Assembly: GCF_011745625.1 (NCBI RefSeq)
Contig: NW_027191452.1
Coordinates: 248,001-312,000 of the forward strand
Reading direction: 5' to 3'
DNA: 64,000 nucleotides
Origin: Cladosporium halotolerans
Taxonomy: Eukaryota
Below, piece by piece: positions 49,203 through 58,791 of this stretch (the stretch's first letter is position 1; each line of letters begins with the position of its first letter). The translations under genes and the position numbers were made by a program. The notes under the pieces were generated by a model. It had not been told where the DNA came from. It did no database searches and saw only the letters and a program-made list of their open reading frames with translations.

Positions 49203-49484
49203 TCAACCATCGGCCTCCGGATCTTCCTCTCCGTACATTTCTTCTTCCCTCTCCTCGTTCTTGCTTCGCTTGCCCTCAACACCCTTAGCGTCCTCTTCCA
49301 TCTTCTGCGTCAGGAAAGCATTGATCTCGCTTTGCAGCTCTGTGCTCTTAGAACGCAGGGCGCTCAGGTATGCCGTCTTGTCCGAAACATTGTTCACCGA
49401 AGCCGAAGGCAAGCTGTGAGAGAAGGCGTGGGTGCTTGAAGGCGATGAGTAAGCAGCGGTTAGCTGCCTGTTTTGCGAGGACAT
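49203..49484 (-). CDS. GON7: EKC/KEOPS complex subunit Gon7 (93 aa)
   Basis: LTAAYSSP...KTAYLSALR...LQSEINAFLTQKMEED...EEEMYGEE matches the fungal Gon7 pattern. Confidence 0.85.
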   Translation of the reverse strand: MSSQNRQLTAAYSSPSSTHAFSHSLPSASVNNVSDKTAYLSALRSKSTELQSEINAFLTQKMEEDAKGVEGKRSKNEEREEEMYGEEDPEADG

Positions 49485-50126
49485 TGTGAGAGCCGATCTG
49501 GTGCTTGAGGCTAGGACTGACGCTGCTGGGCGTTTGCGTACCTTATGTGAGTAAAAGCGTGTTGGTGGAGATGGTTGCTTGTCGGCTAACTTGCCATCCA
49601 ATGGATGAAGCACAGTATAACTACCACGATAGTCTTCTTGACATGCTCAACTCACCAAGCATTTCGATTTCCATCAGATGAATAGGATGAATGGACGCCG
49701 ATTAAAAATCTGGGCCCGCCATAACATCCAATAGTCTACTTGCGCTGCCGGTCTTTGCCTTAAGCCCGCAATATGCGATCAAGCCACCAGAGCTGGGGCT
49801 GCATCTGTAGGAAGTATTTGCTGGCTAGGTAAGGATGGAGTTCATTGACCGATAACTCCGTCAACACTGTACCTGCGCTCTCAAATGCACATGGCGGGGC
49901 GTCTCGGCTGCAGTATGTGATCAATGATGAGATTGGATAGTTCCATTACCGCCTAAATTATTGCATGGCAAGAGCGTCTAGCTACGGCGGAGATGGATGC
50001 TAAGTCCGTAGACCAAACACGGAGAGTGCAAATGTCGTCTACTTAAGTGGCTAGAACTGGCCTTATTTCTCCAAGCGACAGCTCTGGCACCCACGAAGTC
50101 TCGGCGTTTCGATCTGACCAGTCAAC

Positions 50127-51239
50127 ATGACCAGCCTGCTTCCAAGCACCATGAGAGCCGTCGTTGTTCGTTAGACGGATCAGCCTCCTACTGTGGAAGA
50201 AGTCCCAGTACCCCAGCCTTTCCACGGTTCTGCGATCGTACAAGTCCTAGCTGCGAATGTGATCAGCTACATTAGGGACATATACAATGGAAAACGCAAC
50301 TACCCATTCCCTACACCTCTGATTGCTGGTACTTCAGCTATCGGACGGGTTGTAGCAGTGGGCCCAGATTCCGTCAAATTGAAGCCTGGTGATCTGGTTT
50401 TCATCGATTGCACGATCCGGGCCCGCGACAGCGACGATATTTTCCTGGCGGCCATTTCCCAAGGCTTTGGTGAGGGATCCGCGAAGCTCATGAGAGATAT
50501 ATGGCGGGACTGGACATACGCCGAGTATTGCCGAACTCCACTCGAATCACTGACGGTGCTGGAAGAGGAGCGCCTAACCAAAGACCTCGGGTACAGTCTC
50601 GGCCAGCTGATGTATTGCTCAACGCTGCTCGTACCGTACGGTGGGCTGCGCGACATCAATCTCCAAGCTGGTGAGACAGTCATCGTGGCACCTGCCACAG
50701 GGCCGTTTGGCGGAGCGGCCGTCCTCGTCGCATTAGCTATGGGTGCCAAAGTCGTCGCCATGGGACGCAACACTGAATCTCTCGCCCGGATCAGCGCGTG
50801 CGTGTCCCAGCCTGAGCGCCTCAGGACCGTTCCGATTACTAACGACACGGAGGCCGATCTTGAATCCCTCAAGGAGGCCTGCGGGAGTGAGGCTGATGCC
50901 TACTTTGACATTGGTCCGCGCGAGGCGGTCACGTCGACTCATTTCAAGTCGGCAATTCTGGCGCTGAGGCAAGCCGGCCGTGTCAGTCTCATGGGCGGCT
51001 ACCTTCACGACGTTCCCAGTCCGCACTTCCCGATTGTGCGCAAGAACAACCGACTGCAAGGTAAATGGATGTACGAGAGAAGCGAGGTTCGGGATTTCTT
51101 TAAGCTGGTGAACGCTGGACTGCTCGACTTGAGCGTATGTGAGGTGACTGGGGAGTTTGGGCTCGAGGAATTCAAGGAAGCTTGTGATGTGGCAGCCGAG
51201 CGCGCAGGGTTCGCGAAGACTGTTGTCATCAGGCCGTGA
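50127..51239 (+). pseudogene. MDR-family (GroES-like + Rossmann) alcohol dehydrogenase-like gene with an in-frame TAG at codon 16 (50172-50174)
   Basis: Reads MTSLLPSTMRAVVVR*TDQPPTVEEVPVPQP..., followed by GRVVAVGPD, APATGPFGGAAV and GKWMYER. The natural MDR N-terminus lies upstream of the stop and in frame. Confidence 0.7.
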
Positions 51240-51824
51240 GACAAGGTTGATCATCAGGATGATGCTGTCCTGTGGTGACGATGATGATAGGGAATCTCCT
51301 CTCTTGGGATGTTTTTATTAGATCCTCTTCAAATTTCCAATTGTGCAAGATCTGCTGCATTCTTGGTTCAAGAAATCCATGTCATACGGTACCTTGCCGT
51401 CTGAGCTCGTGTATATCCTAATACTTACAACCCCGACAGCCAGGGGTTGGAAATATGGGCTTGTGTTCAGGGTGGAGGTTGCTTAGCATGGTGCTTGGGT
51501 GTTGTGGGGACAGGGCGGGATCGGCCGGCAAACATGCGGGAGTGGCTGAGCCGTTCCAGATCCCCGGGACGCGGACGTCCCTCATAAGCCAGGCATGCCA
51601 GGCTGACTGGCGTCACTCCATCTCCAAGCCGTCCCATCCCATAGCAACCGGCATGTCATATACCACATCCTACGGCCGACATTGATGGCGGAGCATACTT
51701 ATTACAGATGCGAGTGCCGCTAGCAGGACCGTGAGGGGCACCACGCAGCACGTCGCCTCCGCGTGCGCTGATACCTAAGCTTGCTATTTGGCCTTCACTG
51801 CGCACACCGTGACACAGTCGCACC

Positions 51825-54389
51825 ATGGACGACCGGCTCCCACCGCTGCGCCCGCCGCCTCGGCCGCGCTCACCCACAGGCTCGAGGTCGCAATCCGCGT
51901 CCTCGCAACGCAGCGATTCTTCGCTTTCTCTGGTATCCACCGATTCTGGCCAGCCCAGCACAACGTCTTCAATCAGATTTCGCCCTCAACCTCAACCTAC
52001 TCTATCTCCTGCCGGTACCAGACCTTCGACCGCAGGCGGACCGACGCCATCGCAAAGCACCTCGAATTTGCAGAATTTTTCAAGGCCGGCTTTGCGGACT
52101 TCTGTCGATGGGTCTATGAGGATGCCGTCACCAAGCATGCCGAGCAACCCCTTCGGCCATCGCGCGCGCCAGCATAGCCAAGGCTTCTTTGAGCCCTCGC
52201 TCCCGCATGCTACCAGCAATAACGCTGGCCTCAGTGCATCCACCATCGCTGCGCAAGCAGCCATGCACAACATATCACCGCCACCTCACTTGGGCCAGGA
52301 TCGCAAGCGCTCTCACCCTGGTCTGGCCTCCATCAACACTGCTGGCGCCAATGAGGGTAGACGACCTAGTGGTTCAGGTAGCCCACAGCTGCTGTCGACA
52401 CATGGCCTTGCCTACAGCAACGGGACCGTGGGCGGATCGCGGCTTGCCGCAACCAATGCCGCAAATGCTGCCTTTCCCAACGGTAGAAGCCCACTGCCAT
52501 CACCAGGCATCCCACCGCCACCTCCGCAGCACAGCAATCTCCCTCCAGTACCGCAATTGGAAAAGGAACCCAAGGGCAAAAGCTCAAAAATGAAGTTGTT
52601 CTCCAAGCCAAAGAACATTACGCTCTCCAAGGAAAAAGAAAGCAAGGTTGCTTCAGGAGCTCAATCACCCAGCAAATCTGCTATAGGAGCACATGTACTG
52701 CGAAATGGCTTCGCAAACGCATCTACCAGCAGTCTAGTGGATCCTGGGTCAAGTGGCAGCTCTTTGTACGCAAGCGCTAACGCTTCCACTTCCACTCTTG
52801 TACCTTCTACATCAGAAAAGGAGAAAGAGAAGCATCGTCACAACTTCCTATCGCGAGGGAAACACAAGTTGAACGAGCATGCAACGCTTCCGCTGTCATC
52901 TGCAAACTCAAATTCTCAGCCCACAAACCCGGACAGACCGCAGCCCTTATACTCGTTTACCCCGGACTCTCCAGGCGCAGGTTCTTTCTCAAAATCAATG
53001 TCAGGACTCGATCTCAGGCACGGCGGGCGCGCACTCCGTGAGAAAAAAAGAGAAGAGAAAGCGGCAGCGGCGGCCAAACTTGACTTAACACCAATCGTTT
53101 CAAATACTTCAGCGGGTGATAAAAACGAGTTCCTGGGACCGAGCAGCTATGAGACCCCTTTCGGCCCACCGTCAGGGGTGCAGAACTTCTTTTCGCTGAA
53201 CCACGACCCTGCGCTATCCGCGCAGACCCTGGGCAATGTCGGCGCGTCTATGGGCCTTCCTGGAATCGGACCAGATGATGCTTGGCCACTGCTGAAAGCG
53301 CGCTTACTGAACCTCTTCTCGGGCGAGGCTCTGCTCCGGCCTATAGAAGAACTGAATGTGCTCGTGTCTGTGCACATTTTAAGGTGCATTCAGCGGAAGG
53401 CGCCCTCGATTGTCATCGAAGATCTACACGAGCTACTGCAGACTGGGTTCAAAAGTCTGGGGCAGACGCTGCGCAGCATCCCTGACGACAAATTGATCAC
53501 TAAACTCGTTGAGATGTGGGTCACCGTTTACACCTCCATCCTACCTTTCTTGCAAGCAGTCTTCCTGCCATTGGACCTCGAATTCAAAGGGCGAGGCGCT
53601 TGCATGAGCACTCGTGAGGCCGAGGAGTTTTGGAACGCAGTGCCCGAGAGCTGGAAACCTGACGACAGGCCATCTTCCGCGGGCGGATCTGGCAGTACGT
53701 ACAACATGGGCGAAGATCTGGATGTGCGTCGTATTACTCTCATAACGTTTCGAGACACGGTGATCTTACCGAAGCACGAGCCCTTGATGGCTATTTTCAG
53801 CCGCCTTTCGCTCGACAACATTGGTGCAGCAGCGCCATCTCCCGACCCCAACAAAGGCCGAGATCACGCTCGTTCAGATCCGGCGGCGCCAGGAGCCGAG
53901 CGACCAGGGACAGCAGGCAGTTTGAGCCCCAACATGAGTAGCTTCAACTCCCAAGGCTCTACACTTCTCGACGCAGCAAGCAACTCATCGGGCGGCGGCG
54001 CAACGAGTTTCGCAGGTCGGAGCCGTGCAACGTCGAACACGTCTGCAGGCAGCTTTGGCACCAGCTTACCGCATCTCAACAGCCCCATGCCGGCTTTGAC
54101 TCCAACGATCGGTGTCTCGGGCGTTTCGGCAACATCTGCGCCCTTCCCGGCCGCTCCGGTCATCCAAGACCCGGCCAAAGTCACAGATACCGTGGCGCGC
54201 ATGTTGCAGTGCCTTTACGTCCTTGCATCATGTCAGACTGGCGACGTTGGCCAAGGCGTTGTGGAGAGGCTTACTGGCGCATTGAAGTACAATTGGCTAG
54301 GCCGTGGCCGCACTGGAAGAGATAGGAGAGGTTGGGTTGGGATGAAGAATCCGGGCAGTAGTGGGAGAATAGGCTTGGTTGGAGCCTGA
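51825..54389 (+). CDS. HbrB-domain protein (TORC2 subunit Bit61/Protor-like)
   Basis: Long Ser/Pro-rich N-terminus, then PDDAWPLLKARLL...ILPFLQAVFLPL...FRDTVILP...RMLQCLYVL and NWLGRGRTGRDRRG. Confidence 0.8.
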   Translation: MDDRLPPLRPPPRPRSPTGSRSQSASSQRSDSSLSLVSTDSGQPSTTSSIRFRPQPQPTLSPAGTRPSTAGGPTPSQSTSNLQNFSRPALRTSVDGSMRMPSPSMPSNPFGHRARQHSQGFFEPSLPHATSNNAGLSASTIAAQAAMHNISPPPHLGQDRKRSHPGLASINTAGANEGRRPSGSGSPQLLSTHGLAYSNGTVGGSRLAATNAANAAFPNGRSPLPSPGIPPPPPQHSNLPPVPQLEKEPKGKSSKMKLFSKPKNITLSKEKESKVASGAQSPSKSAIGAHVLRNGFANASTSSLVDPGSSGSSLYASANASTSTLVPSTSEKEKEKHRHNFLSRGKHKLNEHATLPLSSANSNSQPTNPDRPQPLYSFTPDSPGAGSFSKSMSGLDLRHGGRALREKKREEKAAAAAKLDLTPIVSNTSAGDKNEFLGPSSYETPFGPPSGVQNFFSLNHDPALSAQTLGNVGASMGLPGIGPDDAWPLLKARLLNLFSGEALLRPIEELNVLVSVHILRCIQRKAPSIVIEDLHELLQTGFKSLGQTLRSIPDDKLITKLVEMWVTVYTSILPFLQAVFLPLDLEFKGRGACMSTREAEEFWNAVPESWKPDDRPSSAGGSGSTYNMGEDLDVRRITLITFRDTVILPKHEPLMAIFSRLSLDNIGAAAPSPDPNKGRDHARSDPAAPGAERPGTAGSLSPNMSSFNSQGSTLLDAASNSSGGGATSFAGRSRATSNTSAGSFGTSLPHLNSPMPALTPTIGVSGVSATSAPFPAAPVIQDPAKVTDTVARMLQCLYVLASCQTGDVGQGVVERLTGALKYNWLGRGRTGRDRRGWVGMKNPGSSGRIGLVGA

Positions 54390-54755
54390 GGTGATTTCGC
54401 GTTTGGGGTTATTCGGATTTTCATTGGGGGTTCGGATTTCGAATTTTGAAAGAGACAATGAGACTACGACTGACTCTACTGGTGAGTTTGGCGTTGCGGT
54501 ACGGATTGGCGTTACTGGCGGAAGGATTTGGATGGAGCTGGCCTTTAATGCCCTAATTCGCTGGATGGCTTTGGGAGAGATATACCAGGAGTCTTATGCC
54601 CTAGGAGTATAGCGTGGGTGTGATAGTGATGTACAACATAGCCTATTTGAAATCGCTCCCGTTTATTTTGCTATTTGTCAACACTAATTCGCGCTCCTTA
54701 CTTGATACAGCCACACGTGCAAGGTGCGAAACGGGTATATCTAAATCCTAAGCCA

Positions 54756-57700
54756 TCATCCCCATCCTCTCCTAGAAGTCTCCGCAAAGTTCCTCCTTCC
54801 CTGTGCCTTCCCACCCACACAGCCATAATGAACCACCTCGCCGTCAGGATGCACGCGCACCGCACTCGCGCCGAACCGCTTGTGGCACACTCTACAGTGA
54901 TCATCTTCGCCAATCAAGACGCGTCGATTCCTCCCACCAATCCCACCCTTCTCCACCAGCGCATCAGCCCCCAACCGCAGCTGCCTTTCCGCATTGACCT
55001 TCCGCACCTCCTCGAGCGAGCGCACGATCTTATCTTGACGCAGCGCCGAAGTGGCGTGTCGGATACGGCCGCGGAAGTAGTCGTCCAGCTCCGCGACGGC
55101 GAGGTCGTCGGGCATGAGGTTCAGCGTGCTTGAAGCCGGCAGGCGGGCGCCGTGCTTGCTCAGTAGGTCGAGGGCCTGAGGCCAGTGTTTCTCTTCGCCG
55201 TTCGGAGGGCTGAGGTAGAGGCCGAGGAGGAGCGCGAAGACGTTCGGCTTGGACGTCTCGTCGTGGATGGGCTTTGCGTGCGCTTTGGTGGCGTCGAGGA
55301 GGCAGGCTTGCTCGGACAGGTAGATGCGGTTGCAGTAATCCTCGGCTTTGGCATAGTCTTTGACCTGGAAGACATAGATGGCGAGGGCTTGCTTGTGATT
55401 GCCCATAGCACTGAGGACGAGGGCGCGGGACTCGTAGAGGAGTGGTTCGTCTGCGGGAAGGAGGCGGAAGGTTTGGCCTTGGCTGTAGACCTTGCTGGTG
55501 CCAAGGAAGCGCTCGAGCTTCTCTTTGATGGCACTCTTCCTTTCGCTGGGGACCAGGGATGACTTGATGCGGTCCACGTACAGCTCTATAAGCTGTTGGT
55601 GGAACGCAGGCGATTTGTCGTCTAGTTCGTTGATTATGTGTTCCAGGTAAATGATTTCGAGGTTCGAATCGACTCCACCAAGGAAATCGAGGACCTTCTT
55701 GCGGTCCAGATTCTCCGCGTTGTCGCTGTCCGCTAAGAATACTTCCATACCAACATCCGGATTGACTTCAAGCGGCCATTTAACAGATTCCAAAATTAGG
55801 TCAATATGATTGGGCGGCAGTTGCTTCAAATAGGCGACCATCCGGCTTGGGCCCTGCATTCCCTCTGGTATTTCGCCTTCCGCCTCACCTTTGCCAAACT
55901 TCGCTAGCAGCTCCAACGCTTCTCTATGGAGCTTCTTGCCGTGTAAGAAGTCGATGAGGTCGCCATAGCGTTCTGATTGGTACAATGAACTCTGCACTAC
56001 GTCCGGCTCGCAGAAATTATCGAGTCGAAACAAAGGGCCCGCAAGCGATGGCAATGCGAGCATGTACGCCCGGAATAGCGTCGTGTCGACCAGCTGAGCC
56101 ACTCTGAGCAATTCAGATTGCCAGTCGATATCTTCGTTGTTCTTGTCAATCACCTCCTGAGGCAGAAGGTGCGCAAAGACTGGCTTTCCTGTCTCCGAAT
56201 CAAGCTCGGGCGGATGCTCCTTCATAGTGCCGTCAGAATTGAGATATCGCTGGATTTGAACTCTAGCCTGGGCGAGAAAAGAGCAGACAGCCCTTGTTGC
56301 TTGCTTCAAATCCTCTCCCTCGAGTCGCTTGTCTGACGTCGCGACGTTTCTAGACGGTGTGCCCTTGGGTGTGCGTATGCTCAAGTTGTCTGTGTCTGTC
56401 CTCGGCGACGATCTGATCGAGGCCGCGTCCGAGTCTCCACGCAAAGTTGAGCCTTTGAAACGCCCGAGCACGGATTTCGATGGTGTCGTTGGCGGGTCCT
56501 TGGTCTCCCCTTCGGTCTCATCAGCAGTCTCAGGATCCTCGCTTTGCTCGGTGCTGTCAGGTATCGAAGAGTGCTCCCCAGCTATGCTTCTAGGATATAA
56601 AGCGACAACCCTGTCCGGTGGTGCGTAAGCGTCGATGAAGAGATCCAGTGCTGGTCGGTATTTCTGCTGTTCGAATAGCGCTGTGGCTTTCAAAATCTTG
56701 ATCTCCCGTATTCTGCCGACCTTGTTGTCGATCAGTGTGTCTTCGAGGAGCCCAAGTAGGCTGATAGCTTCGTCAAAGCGATGCTTGTCAACAAGCTCCT
56801 GCAATTGCTGCGGATAGGAAAGCGCATTCATACGCCAGATCACCCTTTCTGACGCCACAAGAAATCCTTTTCCGGCATGCGCGAGTGCTATGTTGGGTTG
56901 CGGGACGTGAAGAACGGTCGCCTGTGGAACGCTTATGGTTTGCAGTAAGCTCAACGTGTCCGGATTGCGGATCTGCAGAGAGCCTTTGTCTGGAGACTGT
57001 AGCGCCAGAAGGTATGGATAGCTGTAGCCCACAGCTTCCGGTGCAAAGGACCAAGGTATTTGCCTCTTCTCCAAAGTTCTACCTTCGGTGTCGGCAAAGA
57101 GGGTGTTGACGTCTTTTGCAAGTAAGACCTCGTTCTGTCCAACCCTAGAGGCCATTGGCTTGGGTACCCAGCTTCCCATGCCCATATAACCCATGCCGCT
57201 GCTAGAAACAGCGGCGAAACGCACTCCTCCCAGCTCTCCTCCCATTTCCTCCCTACTGGAGTTTCGAGAAGCGGGCTTGTTCACAGCGGTGATCTCTTTA
57301 CTCTCCACGTCCACGACGCTGAAGCCAGCATCCATGCCAACCACAATCTTGGTCGAAGTAACCCAAGTCAAACTCTTGACAGCCGCCTCCATCGCAATCT
57401 CTCCGATGTCACCTGAAAGTTCCATATCTTGCCATGTCCAATACAACAGCCGTCGCTTCACACCCACCACCAAGCGCGAGACAAGAGACGGGATGCTCGT
57501 CTCCGGATCTTTTACCACATTGCTCGTTACCGCAAAGCAAGCCGCGCCTTTCGTTTGCTCCAAGCGCTCCACAAGCTGGTATGCCTGCAAGTCATACAGC
57601 GAAACATAGCCATCACTCAGGCTGACCAGCAAATTCGCTTCTTTCACAATCGCAAGCTGCTGTACAGGTTTCCTGCTGAACTTCTCTTCCTCTCGTAGCA

Positions 57701-57944
57701 GTTCCACCGCTTTCACCTTCGCGGGTCTGGAGTCGGGGGCCGGCGCGCCATTTTCGTTGGGTTGCGATTCGCCATCGTCGCGCTCTGCGGGAGGAGTCCG
57801 AGGGTCGTTGACGCGGTAGATACGTAGCGAGCCGGTGTTGAGGCCCACTAGCAATCGGTCGCCGTAGGCAAGGAGCGACTCGACCTTGGACTTGTCCTTG
57901 GGCCGAAGCTCGTGGATGGGCTCGGGTGTGAAGGCGGACAGCAT
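54756..57944 (-). CDS. VPS39: HOPS subunit Vps39/Vam6
   Basis: Starts MLSAF with a CNH domain. Also LVDTTLFRAYM, a clathrin-like repeat and a C-terminal CxxC...HYGC zinc finger. Confidence 0.93.
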   Translation of the reverse strand: MLSAFTPEPIHELRPKDKSKVESLLAYGDRLLVGLNTGSLRIYRVNDPRTPPAERDDGESQPNENGAPAPDSRPAKVKAVELLREEEKFSRKPVQQLAIVKEANLLVSLSDGYVSLYDLQAYQLVERLEQTKGAACFAVTSNVVKDPETSIPSLVSRLVVGVKRRLLYWTWQDMELSGDIGEIAMEAAVKSLTWVTSTKIVVGMDAGFSVVDVESKEITAVNKPASRNSSREEMGGELGGVRFAAVSSSGMGYMGMGSWVPKPMASRVGQNEVLLAKDVNTLFADTEGRTLEKRQIPWSFAPEAVGYSYPYLLALQSPDKGSLQIRNPDTLSLLQTISVPQATVLHVPQPNIALAHAGKGFLVASERVIWRMNALSYPQQLQELVDKHRFDEAISLLGLLEDTLIDNKVGRIREIKILKATALFEQQKYRPALDLFIDAYAPPDRVVALYPRSIAGEHSSIPDSTEQSEDPETADETEGETKDPPTTPSKSVLGRFKGSTLRGDSDAASIRSSPRTDTDNLSIRTPKGTPSRNVATSDKRLEGEDLKQATRAVCSFLAQARVQIQRYLNSDGTMKEHPPELDSETGKPVFAHLLPQEVIDKNNEDIDWQSELLRVAQLVDTTLFRAYMLALPSLAGPLFRLDNFCEPDVVQSSLYQSERYGDLIDFLHGKKLHREALELLAKFGKGEAEGEIPEGMQGPSRMVAYLKQLPPNHIDLILESVKWPLEVNPDVGMEVFLADSDNAENLDRKKVLDFLGGVDSNLEIIYLEHIINELDDKSPAFHQQLIELYVDRIKSSLVPSERKSAIKEKLERFLGTSKVYSQGQTFRLLPADEPLLYESRALVLSAMGNHKQALAIYVFQVKDYAKAEDYCNRIYLSEQACLLDATKAHAKPIHDETSKPNVFALLLGLYLSPPNGEEKHWPQALDLLSKHGARLPASSTLNLMPDDLAVAELDDYFRGRIRHATSALRQDKIVRSLEEVRKVNAERQLRLGADALVEKGGIGGRNRRVLIGEDDHCRVCHKRFGASAVRVHPDGEVVHYGCVGGKAQGRRNFAETSRRGWG

Positions 57945-58602
57945 GCCGTCGGCGGGAGGAAAGGTACTATGTCGTGAGGATCATCATGCGGTGAAGCCGG
58001 GGCGGTCGCTGTTGCGGAGGACAAACACGTTGCGCAGGAGTGCGGTCTACTAAATATAAGGTATCGCGCGTGACGCCGCGGTCTGCAGGCGTGGGCGAGC
58101 TTGAATCTCCAGGATGACGTTCAGCGCCTAATCGGGTAACGACGACGAGGTGAGTACATCAACTCTATGATAAGGCATACATTCTCATGCTCCTTTGGTA
58201 CAAACTAACTTGGCAACAGTGTTCGCATTTGATTAAATCATCGAGTGTCGAGAAATTCTAAGCGGAAATGGTCAGATTATATTCCATTGCGCTCTTGGCA
58301 GACAACACGAGACGGCGAGAGAGACAAGAGACACCAAAGTCGCTGGAACACAAGCGCTAAACCGGACCCGGTATCGACGACGAGGTTCAATGGTCAGAAT
58401 TATGCTGCAGGTCTTTTCATGATGAGCTCTATGCCAGATTCTTCTTGTAAAGCATACTGGCTTTCTACTCAGATTGTCCCCGTGGCGTGACAGTGGGCAA
58501 TTTGATTGCAGCGTTTCCAATACATCCTCTTGGCACCAGACGATAGGCCGCAGCTACGACGTTGCAACACTGGGAGGTGGCCAGGGCTCTCGAATCTCAC
58601 TG

Positions 58603-58649
58603 GTGACGTCACGCGATCGATCTCACTTGCGATGCGATGCGATGCGATC
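58603..58649. promoter_or_regulatory. CRE palindrome plus a tandem GCGAT array upstream of UVE1 (candidate Atf1 site and light-response element)
   Basis: GTGACGTCAC at 58603-58612, GCGATCGATC, and GCGATGCGATGCGATGCGATC at 58629-58649. Confidence 0.5.
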
Positions 58650-58791
58650 TTCTAGTCGGTAGCGCCTCGCCTGCGGTTCCTGCGTCACCATTATCCGTCC
58701 TGGAAGACGGGTAAGGAGCCGTGAACGCGCGCGTGAGCGTTGGTGCGCTTCCTTCCATGTTAACTTCATCTGATTCATCGTCCGCGTGTTC

